From Octopus vulgaris (lineage: Eukaryota): 64,000 nucleotides of DNA. This document shows, one piece after another, positions 40,096 to 53,479 of this stretch. Made by a program: the position numbers and the translations under genes. Location: positions 41,664,001 to 41,728,000 of the forward strand of contig OX597816.1 of the NCBI GenBank assembly GCA_951406725.2, written 5' to 3'. The notes beneath the pieces were generated by a model. That model made no database searches. It had not been told where the DNA came from and saw only the letters and a program-made list of their open reading frames with translations. How positions within the stretch are numbered: the first letter of the stretch is position 1; each line of letters starts with the position of its first letter.

Positions 40096-40547
40096 ACATT
40101 CTTATAAATTCACATTCGTGCAATACAGTGTAATGTATTTGAATAACCGTTGACGAAATTAATAATCAGAATTTACCTTAATGTATGGAGGATTTAAATT
40201 TAACTCTACCTTCTCTATTGTTATGAATACTGAGTAGCTATTTATTTAATTACCTGTGTGAGCGTATGCGCGACAAACTGTGCGTGTTCTTATGCGTAAA
40301 TCTTCGTGGATTTTTGTACGAGCGAGTGTACGTGTATCATATGACCTAAGTGAGGGCGTTTAATACATCCATACCTGTTAACGGTTATATTAATATTATT
40401 TTAGCTCTATTGTGTATTTGTTTCTTTTTCCATCTATTATCTATAATTAATCTGCAATATAAACGACGCTGTGTACCTTAATTTGCAGTTTTTCTATACA
40501 TAAATGGGGAAGATATCCTACGGAACAGTCGTTATTCTTATAATCAA

Positions 40548-40643
40548 CTGAAGAAACACATCTACCCCGCAGATATTCCTAAACAAGTTGTTAAATATCC
40601 CACTAGTGCGGTATCGATATTAGATGTGTTGAAACAATTAGTC
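40548..40643 (+). ncRNA. Hammerhead-like motif with extended stem II
   Basis: CTGAAGA-aacacatcta..56 nt..tagatgtgtt-GAAA-caattag-TC: intact core, perfect 10-bp stem II, GUC triplet. Stem I not evident. Confidence 0.5.
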
Positions 40644-40869
40644 ATTTCTTTCATGCCATAAAAACTTTGATTCGTCTAGAGAATGAGAAATAATTCGTTT
40701 CTGGGAACGATGGTGCTCAGAAGAGATAAAGCAATTATTAATGAATTCTCTGTTTACCGCTAAGGATTTACAAATAGTATTATAAAAATAAATAGTAATA
40801 AATTCAGGAACAATGCTAGGTAATACAGTATGGAATGAAAAGTCTATAAAAAGTGGGTAGACACTGATA

Positions 40870-43260
40870 AAATATATATTAACAACGACAAATTCCCCAA
40901 AAGTGGGAGATTTCTTCTTGTGGATGCGCCGATTTTCCACAAGGAAGCCATCGCACATGCATGGCACTGATCATTTATAAAACGCCAAATTGAAAATGTC
41001 ACTAATCTCATTATCCGACCAAAAGAAGACAATGAGCTCCAAACGAAACTCTAAGCGCCAGTTGTACTTCCACGGTCTACGCTTGATTCAGGATTGCACC
41101 TCAGTGAGAGAACGACAAACGGGGACCATAGGACTCGCCGTCAAATAAGAACTAGAAAAGTCTTAGCCTCGGTGCGTGTCAGCACATCATCAGACACAGC
41201 ATGCCCAGTCCTCCATTTAGCACTTCCCTACCATAGAGAGAGAAAGTGAGGTAGTTTGCGCTCGAGTTCGGTGAGACGTAACATGGGAAAAGGCACAACA
41301 GTTAAACGATAACATACAACACAAGCGATGTATATAGTTGCCACCTCTGCTTGACCTCTCATAATTAGTTTCTCTTGGTAACCCTGCTCGTCGCATCGCC
41401 CCAGTTCTTCTCCATCTGGAGATATGGACCAACACAGACACCAGGAAATTTAACGGATCATTCTGTCCAGAGTCCCATGATGTCATTGCACGGCATACAG
41501 CCGTCTCTCCAGGTTCCGAGCTGCAGGCCCACTGACTTTTGCTCTTAGCACTGCTTTGAATTCATCAACAGCAGTTCCTATCACGTCTATGTGTCTGGTG
41601 ATAAACACTATGACGGTGGTTTTGTCTGCGTATACCGACACTGATCTCCGACTCCATAGCTCGAACGGAATGTCTTTCAACGTCTCCAATCAACGCTATA
41701 GTGGCTTGAAACCTGAACAGAACACACCTGACCATCTCTGCCGGTGGTGCTGAATATTTCTGACTGTTACCCATTTATCCAAATTACCAAGCAGATATCG
41801 TAGTACAATTCGGCAATCAACCCACGAAATTCGGGGCCATACCAGCCACCGTAAGAACAGCTGCCACCTATTGGTGGTCGAACCATATCGGGGGCTTTTG
41901 ATTGCTACAAATTGACTACGATTCCACCCATGACATATTCTTTAGCTTCTATTTCTGATGTATCGCTTAGGTTAGTGTTTCTAATCGATATGTTGTGTGT
42001 AAACGGGGCATATTTGCTCAACACCAATGAGATCCTCGATGGTACTTTGCCGTGAATTTTGAAATGTGCATTCTGCAGTGTTATAGGCCTAAAAGTTTTT
42101 ATTTCACACCCCTGCTCTGGGGTCTCTCTTAGCAGCGCCACTGTTCTCCGACTCCCAGATATATGACATTTCCAATTCTGCTTCCAGTTGCAGTAGACAT
42201 CTGCTAAGAGGCATTGAAACCAGTCTGGCATACAGAAGTAAATCTCGTTGGTATGCAAGCTCATCATCCCATACTATTTCCATAAATGTTTTCAGCCTTT
42301 GGCAACACTATGCTTTTCTTCATGGGAGTCACTGTAAGCATTCAAGTGAGGCACTGAACTCCATTTTGATTCGGTCTGTCATTTGCCCGTATACTTGAGC
42401 AAATTGTTGCTAAGATGTTGTACACATCTGCTAGGACCTGAGTAACATGCATTCATTCTGATCTACCAAAAACCGTATTGTGAATTTGTTGCCAAGTCTA
42501 CGCTAGTCGCACACATCGAGCGACACTCAGTACGTCATGTTTTGAAGCACGCGCCTTGGCTCTGACAATGCAAGCGTTATGCTTATCGTTGAAGAAATTA
42601 TCAAGGGCCAAACTACCTGCAAGCACGTAGATTGCATGAGCTTTTCTAAGCGCCGCTTCTAAGTTTACTTTTATTTCTTTCTATTACTTATGCCTTACTA
42701 AAGCTAATCACTTCTACGCTAATTGTGCATTTTAGGGATAACTACCAGTTGTTCCTGACGATTGTCTCCGTCAACACACACTTAACTAAGCTTGTCAGAA
42801 AGCTTGTCACTCCGGGAGTAACGAGTTCTCTTTCCAATAACAGGAAACCTGCCTAGCAAACCTATATAGGTTGACCCACGTAATCACAAATTTGTGGTCT
42901 GTGTAGTCAACGATTTAGAGAAACTGAGAACAGACTACTCTCTATAGATACAACATTGAGTATTCGATGTTATTTGTCCACACTCACATTGGCACATTCA
43001 GGAAGCCAAACCTTTCAGAATTGGAAGTTTGTGCAAGGCTTTCACACACTTCTCTTCTAACAGCTAGCTCCACAATATCTGACCTTGCATCGAAGATGAA
43101 AGTCCTGTCTAGTACTAAACTAGGCCCACTAGTACTAAACATATAGATATTCCTAGGAATACCTTCAGAAGTACGAAGAAATTCGGTGTGCTGGTTCGTG
43201 CTGCAGACGAATCAGCCACTAATCTGAAAGCACCTCAATCGCCACTGTTCACTCTGAGGA
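40870..43260 (-). mobile_element. Decayed L1/Tx1-like LINE ORF2 (APE endonuclease + RT)
   Basis: Minus-strand remnants YTDHKFV (EN SDH-like), YWK.NSL, FRPITLQNAHFKI and SVSVYADKTTVIV (YADD-like). Confidence 0.8.
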
Positions 43261-44054
43261 CCCTAAGGTATAATCTACGTTTAGAAAGTGGGGTACATTG
43301 AAATAGCGCTAAGACTACCTGGGCAGAATTTGATCTCAGAACACAAGGACGGGTGAAATGCTGCAAAGCTAACGATTTCTGCCCGCTCACTATCTTATAT
43401 GAAGATATAAATAATAGCATGTAAGTGTTGATTACAAAAAGAAAAAAATAATAGAATAAAATAACATAAAATAAAGCAATTGGTTAGAAAGATTCGAAAC
43501 AATGATACTTATTACACCATGTAAATATGATTATGTTCTTTCATACTTTTGACACTAGGTCGGGGAACTAGCATATTATTTGTACTATATTTATGTTAGA
43601 AGACCTTGTAAAGACTGTAAGACCTTGTAAAGACTTGTAAAGACATGTCTATAGAGATTGGCCAGGAAAGTGAAAAAAATGTATATGATTTGGACTGAAG
43701 TGAGTAGTGTGCAGTTAGGATGATTCGATGGAGATTTAACTTGGTGAAATAGGACACTGTTCATGGACTCATAGCAGATGAACTGTCAACAGAAACCTTC
43801 ACTGCGGGCTCGCTATCGAGCTGCTCCAGAAAGAGAGGTCTTCCGTTAAGTCGGAAAAGGCAGTCTGGGGATTCGAATGGCCGATCGCACTCTCCTTCAG
43901 AGTGTAGCTGATGGAAGCGAAATAAACAATTCAGCGGCACATTCTTGTGTCTGATTACTTTTTTATGTATAGCTTCACAAAGCTATTAGTAGTGACCTTT
44001 GAAATAGAAAACACGTAAGCGTGGCAAGCGATCACACCGCCGCACAGAGGCTTC

Positions 44055-44150
44055 CACAGTTCTAGCCCGATACGGCCGAGGTATGGTTCCCAGTTTGAAG
44101 CACAATTAAAAATAATGAGATCACCTCGGACATGACAAAAGATTCGTGGA
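44055..44150 (+). mobile_element. Gypsy gag N-terminal fragment
   Basis: With frameshifts reads LPQF*PDTAEVWF.QFEAQL..NEITSDMTK, like the LPPFW....E.WF.Q.EAQF...IT.D.TK gag motif. Confidence 0.55.
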
Positions 44151-44169
44151 CACAGTAAAGCGGATGTTA

Positions 44170-44720
44170 GATTTTGTAATCGAGATGGAGAACACGATTG
44201 GTGGTACGATGTACTGAGATTGTGTAGTGCTCCCCACATAGCAAGACATATCGATCAAAATATGTTGATTTTAGCAAAGTTGATTAATATTGATGGATTG
44301 TAGACATGTTTGATATTGGATAAGATGAAAGGCAGGTAGAATCTGATAATGTAATGTTCGTAAGTTTAACTTAAGGTAAGTTTAATTGTAAGAGGCAGAA
44401 ATGCCGATGGTGATGCTTCGGTGAGATATCTAGAAAGTGAGTAGAATTGATAGAAATGTGAGACAAGACTTCTAGATTTGAGGATTGGCACTTGAGAAGT
44501 TCCTTCGGTGTGAAGAACGACAAAAAACGTCGATAAAATGCGGATCTGACGTGAAAAACGAGCAGGTGCATGTTGTTGAAGCCTTGTAATAATTTTATCT
44601 CCATGATAGATGTCAGCGATAACATAAAGAGAGGTATTTCACTGTGTGGAGAATTGTGATTATAATATGCGTGCGCGAAGTGAGATAATCAAGAAGGTAT
44701 TTGGTGTTGCGTACTACGTA
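44170..44720 (-). mobile_element. Heavily decayed CR1/Jockey-group LINE 3' remnant
   Basis: Minus-strand fragments RRFLSFFTPKELLK..LEVLSHI resemble the post-RT R.F.P..LL.LY...LEYCSHIW region. Confidence 0.4.
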
Positions 44721-46804
44721 AGAGATTGTTTTCCACATAGATGAGGAGTTGGAGCGAGAAGGTAAAAAACAAAATGATCTAAAGATGCAGAGGATGGGAT
44801 TCTATAATAGCAGGAGAAACTGCGTGCAGTTTGCATTTTCAAAGGTGTCTCATCTTCATAGCTGTGTCATGGCCATCACGTCTACTATAGATTCACTCTA
44901 TATTTTTTGGTTACGAGTTGGAGCTACATTTCTGTCAAAACACTTATTTTCCAGAATTCTCAATGCTTGTATAATACGATCCATAGCACACGCGCGCGCA
45001 CATATTAGAACACATACATGCGTTCAGTGTGTGCACAGACACACATTATTAGAGATCTTTGAACAGACGCATTAAAACTGTTCTCTAATCTAAAACTCAA
45101 AACATGATCATGAGATATATTCACTCAATTACTGTAAATAGTGTTGAAAGTAGTTGTCAAACTTTGGCATCATAATAACATGATGCATTAAATTTATTAG
45201 TTATTAGTAACAAAACTTTTAGAATCATAGCAATATCTATAGGGACGGAAAGATCTTACATGAAGACGCCATCCACACCTACATTCAATAGTAGATTCTA
45301 ATGTGAAGAATGTTTCACTTTTAAAGAGGAGATGAAAAACAAAAAAAAAAAGAAAGAGAAAAACAATAATAATAAATTAAAAACCTAGAAACTATCAGCG
45401 TATGGTTCTTTTAATTTCGGTTCAAAACGTTTTATTTTTGTATCATAATATCTTTCTATTGAAACGATAAGTTAGTAGTCAAAGCAGAATATACATTACA
45501 GGAAAATACGTGATATATTCTGTATATCGTTGGCTTTATCTTTTCGGATAAAAACGTATTTCCTTCATTTAAAAATCGTAGAATAGATGAAACAAAATAC
45601 AATCTTCCAGATATTAAAGTACAAAAGAATCAATACATTAATATGCATAAAAAGAATCTTTTTATTATACAATTCAATCGGTGCCAATTTTATCTTGGCA
45701 TCTTCAATTCGGTTAGGGATATTCTAGTATTCCTGGGAATAATTGACAAATTACTTCCTGACTAGACGGGAAATATACGGTAGATTTCAATTAGCTAATC
45801 TAAAATCAATTCTGCATTTTATTTCCTATTTTTCCACATCTTTGTATACCACTTAGGGGGACACATACGTTTACATATATAAATACGTAGATACATATGA
45901 TACTTGCGTCTGTGTGCGTATATATATATACATACGTATACGTGCACATATACATGTATACCTATGTGTATTATATGTGTATTCTATGTATGTGTCTGTT
46001 TGTGTCTGTGTGTGTTTGTCTCTGTGTATGTGCGTGCGTGTGCATTTGTGCTTGTGTGTGCGTGAGTGTGGTATACACCTGTGTAGATGATTTTACGTTC
46101 AAACAATTGTAAGTTGCTATGAAGCGTAAAAGCACTCGATAACTTGATTTAAAATGGCAAAACATTGAAATCAGACATTGTGAATCAACGGCATAATGTT
46201 TATCCAGATGCTTACGTATAGATATTCACACGGAGACACACGCACGCGTGCGCATATCGCAATGAAAGATAATACGGATTTGCCAAGTAAGAACTGCGAT
46301 ATATATCTGCCAAATACCAATTGTCTGTCATAACAATTACACCAAAGGCAAACTCTGAATTGTTCTATCACCATTGACTATTCTCCTATATATCATATAA
46401 ACATCAATGGTATATCTAAAACCCCAGTGAATACGACGTGTTATTGATAGCATCAAGATATCTACATTGGTGATCCAGTGGTCAGACACCTATGTAATAT
46501 AGGTCGCGGATAAGAAAACTTGCTTGCGTATTCTCAAGATGCTTTATGGGAATTTGGTATATAGCAGAAGATGTGTACATCAGAAAGGAGAATGTTAAAA
46601 ATGAGAAAGGTGATCTGCGACAGATATCAACCTTACATTTTAGTGAAATAGATTTTACGATTGTGTTGTAGCAGAAGATTGAGATTTTGTCTTTTTGAGT
46701 AACTTCTTTGAAAGAAGATTTGGGTTCCGGAATTTCAGTTTTCTGTTGAGTATGGTCAGATGCATTATGAATTCATTCGTAATTATAAGAACAATATGAA
46801 TATT

Positions 46805-47035
46805 TATTTCTTTACTACACACAAGGGGCTAAACACAGAGGGGACAAACAAGGACAGAGAAACGGATTAAGTCGATTATATCGACCCCAATGTGCAACTG
46901 GTACTTAATTTATCGACCCCGAGAGGATGAAAGGCTAAGTCGACCTCGGCGGAATTTGAACCCAGGATGTAGCGGTAGACGAAAAACGGCTACGCATTTC
47001 GCCCGGCGTGCTAACGATTCTACCAGCTCGCCGCC
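46805..47035 (-). mobile_element. Full-length SINE family A
   Basis: Reverse complement of 49024-49253. Confidence 0.88.
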
Positions 47036-47264
47036 TTTTGAATATGAATATTGATGATAAAATTTTGATTTCAATTTCAATTGCACCAGTACCTCTGATA
47101 TCTATAAGAACTGGCTACATATGCTGTTGTCTTTCAAATTCTCTAATGTGGTGGTTGATAGGCTGCGGGCAGGATATGAGCATTTTGAAAGATTTACCAC
47201 ACCCCCGTATGTCCCAGAATCACTGCCCTTCTATATAGATATTTCTACATATCAATGTTTATAG

Positions 47265-47442
47265 GAGTTGTTGTGTGGCAAGAAGCTTCCTTCTCAACCA
47301 CGTACATTGGGTTCAGTCCCACTGCGTAACACCTTAAGCAAATCTCTTCTACTATAGCCACGGACCGACTAAAGCCTTGTGAGTGGGATTGGTAGACGGA
47401 AACTGAAAGAGACTCGTCATACACTCACACACACACACACAG

Positions 47443-47482
<40 letters not shown>

Positions 47483-47688
47483 ACGTGGTTGTCGCACCAC
47501 CATTGTATGGCAACCTATATTGGTTTGTTTACGTCCCCATAACGTAACGCTTCGGGCAATGAGACCGATAGATTAAGTACTAGGCTTACAAAAATATGTC
47601 CTGGGGTCTATTTGGTCGACTATAAGCGGTATTTCAACATAGCCGCAGCCAAATAACTGAAACATATAAAAGAGAAAAGAATAAAAGG

Positions 47689-47690
<2 letters not shown>
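47265..47690 (+). mobile_element. Full-length SINE family B (tRNA-like head, internal CA/TG microsatellite)
   Basis: tgtggcaagaagctt..gggttcagtccc..ctatagcc..ggtagacggaaactgaaaga..(ca)(tg)..gtttacgtcccc..ctgaaaca, A-rich tail. Confidence 0.85.
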
Positions 47691-47751
<61 letters not shown>

Positions 47752-47814
47752 GACAAAAAAGAGGAATTTTGGTTGTCCCCACGCGGTGGATTGTAATGTA
47801 TATATTTTAATTTT

Positions 47815-47865
<51 letters not shown>

Positions 47866-48805
47866 ACTAGCTGAAAATTACTGCATTGAATTATTAGATA
47901 TACCAATTTACATATTAGATTCATTCCTGGAGCTGATATGTAAACATTAAGGTTTTGTAGGTACGTGGTATTTCGTTATGCCAACAATGCACTATAAAGT
48001 ATACTAAATGTTATGATGAGTTGGTACCACATTCTACTGCGTCAGCAGTACTTCGTACGTTGAAGTTGGCAACTAACCATCACTTTATTGTGCTACTACT
48101 CAATATATCTTTCTGAGAGATTTAGAAATGTAATATTTCTAATTTTGTAGATCAGATAAATCTATACGTTTTTAAAGGTGAATAATCATCGACAACTAGA
48201 AAGCCAAGCTACTCCAGAATGATGAAAAACAATGACTCTGAAACTAGTATATGGAGCTGGCTTTGCTGGGTGGAGGTGCTTATCTCCCCTGTTTGAAAAC
48301 ATATGGACCCGGTATGCTTGTGTCACATAGCCAACTGGAAACGGTGTTTCCTGGGGCTAAATAGCAATAGCCTTCTTCCCTTTACTGGGACTGCCACATT
48401 AAGATGTCAACAAAACATTACTTTATCGTGCTGCGACTGTATAAATTTTTCTGGGAGATTTAGAAATATAATATTTCTAATTCTTAAGGTCATTTTACAG
48501 ATACTCTATAGAAATTCACTTTGTAGCACTCTGTAGCACTTCACTTTGCTACAACGTTTTGTATCGAGATATCAGTTGTAAATAATCAATGAGATTGGAA
48601 ACAAAATTGGTTAATGAGTGTATACACCATATTTCGGCGATACATGACATATTTCAGCATACATCTATGTACCACGTACATACAAATCATACCAGTTCCA
48701 GGAATGCGTCAAATATGTAAATTGGTATATCAAGTAAATTAATACCGCTGTAGACGTGGGATATGAAAGTAATGTGTTCGAAGTCGAGACTGGGTTAGAT
48801 GGGTG

Positions 48806-48838
48806 CTGATGAAGGGGCAACAACCCCGATATAACGTT
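48806..48838 (+). other. Decayed hammerhead-like motif
   Basis: CTGATGA-a-gggg caacaa cccc-GATA (GAAA mutated). No stem I. Confidence 0.35.
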
Positions 48839-49023
48839 TTCCTTTTTTTATCAATTATTAACTTTACTCATCAAACTGCAGGCAACAACTTGAAGGGTGT
48901 AATTGAACAAAATGACTGCAGTTAAAATTTCATTTTGATGTTTTGATATTTCAAACTCATTTGACGAACCGAGAAATTGCAAGAATACAAGCAAACCCAA
49001 ACTGATTACCACGCTTGGTGAAT

Positions 49024-49253
49024 GCGGCGAGCTGGCAGAAGCGTTAGCGCGCCGGCCGAAATAATTAGTGGTATTTCGGTTGACGTTACGTTCTGAGTTC
49101 AAATTCCGCTGAGGTCGACTTTGTCTTTCATCCTTTCGGGGTAGATAAAATAAGTACCAGTTACGCACTGGGGTCGATATAATCGACTTAATCGCTTTGT
49201 CTGTCCTTGTTTGTCCCCTTTATCTTTAGCTCCTTGTGGGCAATAAAGAAATA
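49024..49253 (+). mobile_element. Full-length SINE family A (tRNA-like head, Meta-domain-like core)
   Basis: gcggcgagctggcagaa..gagttcaaattcc (B box)..ctttcatcctttcgggg..gataaaataagtaccag..tail gtccttgtttgtcccc..caataaagaaata. Confidence 0.88.
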
Positions 49254-50306
49254 CAAAAAAAAAAACAGAAGCAAAAGGAGGTAGAGTAGAATACAATTGT
49301 TTAATTCCCACGCAGTGGAACTGAACTTCGGAGCATGGTGTGGGAAAGAAAATGCACAATCAGACATCCGTGCGCATAAAGTAGCTTAATTTCGCTGGGT
49401 TTACCCTATACTCAAATTTGAATTTAAAGTCTCTGTTTACTGTGGATGGAAGTAAAATCACATTTCAGTACACAGAACAAAGGCAAAAGATATTATCACC
49501 CAATAGTAGATATATTAAAACAAATTCCATAGAACTGATTTCAGTGTTCTCAAATGTTTGCTTTACTTATCATTTTACCCAATTGCACATATACGAAAAT
49601 ACATTATTTCATCAATACCAATCATGACGTGGACATGTAATTATAACTGTGTAGCGACGGGCAATTTCGAAGATATAATGGAACTGAACATTTTCAAAGA
49701 TAATAAAATAATTTTATACATACGTAAGCAATAGATTGTACGATGCATACAAAATCGATGGTCGTTATGATTAGAACTTCAATTTTAGCTGGGCTAAGAT
49801 TTTCATTTTAATATTCAAGAAACTGCATAATTCATGTATTTTAAAACAAAAACACAACGAAAGTTTTTGAGGGCATTACTTTTATGGTAAATATGTCGGC
49901 AATTTCCGTTAAAATTATTTTACCGAACAGAGTTAACGATTACATTTTGTGTTTTTAACTAGAGAAAAATATACTGGAATAATTTTTGTTTCATTTCCAA
50001 ATAAATTTTAAATGGAGATATACATAATATATGATCAAGTCCGTCCGTGTGATAATTAAATATCGTTTCACTTAATAAAACTTTATAATAAAAAGAGCAT
50101 AAGTATTAGAATATACTTGTTAAGAAAAATGGAATAAGGATTCGTTATGTAGCCAACAATAAAACTCTCCTTGGGAAACTATTTTGATCTTTTCAGTCCA
50201 TCTTATTTTGCGAGCAAAAGTTTACATAAATCATTTGGAATGCAGAGTGAATATAGTGTCGATGTAATGAAGAACACAAGACATTCAATATATATACATA
50301 CATATA

Positions 50307-50371
<65 letters not shown>

Positions 50372-50781
50372 GGTATAAATTTGAGGTGTTTAAAACCCCT
50401 AAGGGATGGTTAAATTCAAAGGCGCTCCTAAAGACGTGGAAAATATGCGTTTACTTAAACTTGGGACTACAGATCAAAATAACCTTCATCCTGCGTACAC
50501 TTCGCAGCAGAATTATAGAAATAGTAACCTACTATAATGTACGACTCACCATTATTTGTCTTTATTCTCGTTACCTATCGATCCCTATGTCTTTCTCTCT
50601 TCTTTCCTCTACATAGGACTATGCATTCTGCTGATGTCTACCACTGTAAATGGTAAACAGAAACGATCGTAAATGTACGGTTACTACCACTTTGCTTTAT
50701 AAATTAATTAAATTAATGGCTTACTAGCGCAAACGATCAAATTCTTCCTCTTACTTTTCTTCCCTTTTCTTCCTGCATATA

Positions 50782-50869
<88 letters not shown>

Positions 50870-51237
50870 GTGTGTGTGTGTGTGTGTTTGTAAACAGACG
50901 CTAACAAATAAATATAATGCCAAAACTATACGGTATCATAAACTAAAACTATGTCAGAAACAAAAGTACTACAAAAATACTTAAAGATTCTGAATTATTA
51001 TACAAGTTAAATGACAGCAACAGAAAGATGATAAAATTTATAGTGTAACTTAAGACACATAATGAGCGGTGGAAAAAATTAATAAAATAATGTCAGAAAT
51101 GTGAATCGTTTAAAATAATAAAGAAAGCGAAGACATTGCCAAAATAAACGATGGATGATTGATTCAGTACAGAGTGTTTTAGTATCGCCCCCGTAATACA
51201 TACATTCATACTCATACATGCATGCATACATAAATAC

Positions 51238-51319
<82 letters not shown>

Positions 51320-52397
51320 CCACTGAAAAAATAAGTGATATAGATATCCACTTTATACAGCTCAACCGATTAGCGCTGTGATAGAGCTTCAGGAATATAA
51401 AATTAAGGAGAGGAGAAACCAAATTCAAATGTCGATGTAGATAGTCATTCAATCCATTTTAACGAAATTCTCCATAGTATACAAAGTGCATACATAGATG
51501 TACTCGTCTATATGATGTATAAAAAATTCCTAGGACTTTATAAATCCTTACATATATACGAAAATTTATAAATATATAAAAATTCATGCGCATAAAAATT
51601 TACAAACGTATAAAAATTCATAAATGAAATCTAAAGAAGGGTGTAAGTCCATAAATATACGTGCGAAGTCCGAGTGAAGAGGATGATAAAGCAGATGTAA
51701 ACTGATTCATAAGGAGTCTAGAACATGTATAATGTCAATGCATAAAGTCTTACGTCCGCTTCGAATAGATATAGGTTGCTATGGGCAAGCTAACTCCAAA
51801 GATAGCAATATTATATCTTTCTCTCAACAGAGTTAATAGAATCACAAGTTTAAAATTTTAAAAGGAATGGTGGGTTAAATAATATATTAAAAATTGAATG
51901 TGTTATCGGGCCATTCTCTTCGGGTAAATAACGTTAAAATGTTTTACGACACAATACATAATTTAGGGTATATTACGACGCTATATATAAAATATAAAGG
52001 TTTAGAAGAGTCCATAATATGATGTAAGGTTAAATTAGAATCCTATAGTTTAATTATTTTTGAATAATTTAAAAGTTGAAAGATATGTTTACAGGTATTT
52101 ATAACGTCAGATATTTTATTGAGTAAACAAGATTATCTCTAATGGTTTCCTTACTTGAAAGTTTAAGTCTGTTATTTGCTACGATGATAGATCCAAGATT
52201 GGATGTGGTAGAATAGGAAAATTTAAGACACGATCCTTAATAAGGTTTGAATGAATAGATATACCGGCCTTTGAAATTGGTTTCACCTCTTTTACACACA
52301 CATACATACATACATATATCTCTCTAACTACCTATCTTAATAAAGAAAGTTATCTATCTATCTGTCTGCCTGTCTGTCACCCCCTCTCTCTCTCTCT

Positions 52398-52450
<53 letters not shown>

Positions 52451-52483
52451 TTTATTTAAAAGCAGCAGGAAATTCAACAAAAA

Positions 52484-52521
52484 CTGTTACTCTGAGCTTC
52501 ACGTTCCCGTTCGCCGGAGAG
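52484..52521 (-). other. Decayed minimal hammerhead-like motif next to (TA)n
   Basis: Minus strand: ctct-CCGGCGA-acg ggaa cgt-GAAG-ctc a gag-TA-acag. Correct topology, three core deviations. Confidence 0.4.
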
Positions 52522-52592
52522 TGATTTTCTAGCAAAACCTGGTATTTGAGAACTCCTTTTTCTACCTTGTTTCACATTTATGTGTTTACTCC

Positions 52593-52655
<63 letters not shown>

Positions 52656-52664
52656 CCATTTATG

Positions 52665-52710
<46 letters not shown>

Positions 52711-53300
52711 CCATTTATGTATAATATATATATATATCATACATAAATGGCAATTTATGTCTGCCGATCTACCTGTTAACCACCTTGCTGTTTACAATAG
52801 TGAACAAATCTTGACGAAACTTTGCATATATGTTAAACGAACTTCCAGTTCAGTTATAGGCTGACTAGATTACAATAAAAATCCATAATGAGAACCGTTT
52901 GGCTGTTAATTGATAAAGTGAGAATGGTGCAAAAGACTTTTAGCGTGAGTGAAATGTTGTATCATAATGAGTGTGGCTGATATCAGGAATAGGGAAAACA
53001 AATATGGTGTAGCAGTAAGATGCTAGCGCTGATTCAGCTGTAATTCACGGATATAAAGGTGACGCTGCATACTTTTGTAAATATATAGATACATGCATAC
53101 ATACGCATACACAATACACGCAGACATACATTCACATACACATAACTAACGATGGGGGGGGGGGGGAGAAATGTGGGTGTGAGGAATACGCAACTTCAAT
53201 AATTTAAAGTGAAGATGGCTTTTATACTGCCCATGGCAAAGAAACACTCGCCCGCAGACACACACATACATACATACATACACATACATACATACAATAC

Positions 53301-53343
<43 letters not shown>

Positions 53344-53437
53344 CATACATACATACATACATACATACAAACATACATACATGTCTACACCATTTTAAAC
53401 TCGTGATTGCCTGTTTGTACGTTTGTAAATGCGTGTG

Positions 53438-53479
<42 letters not shown>

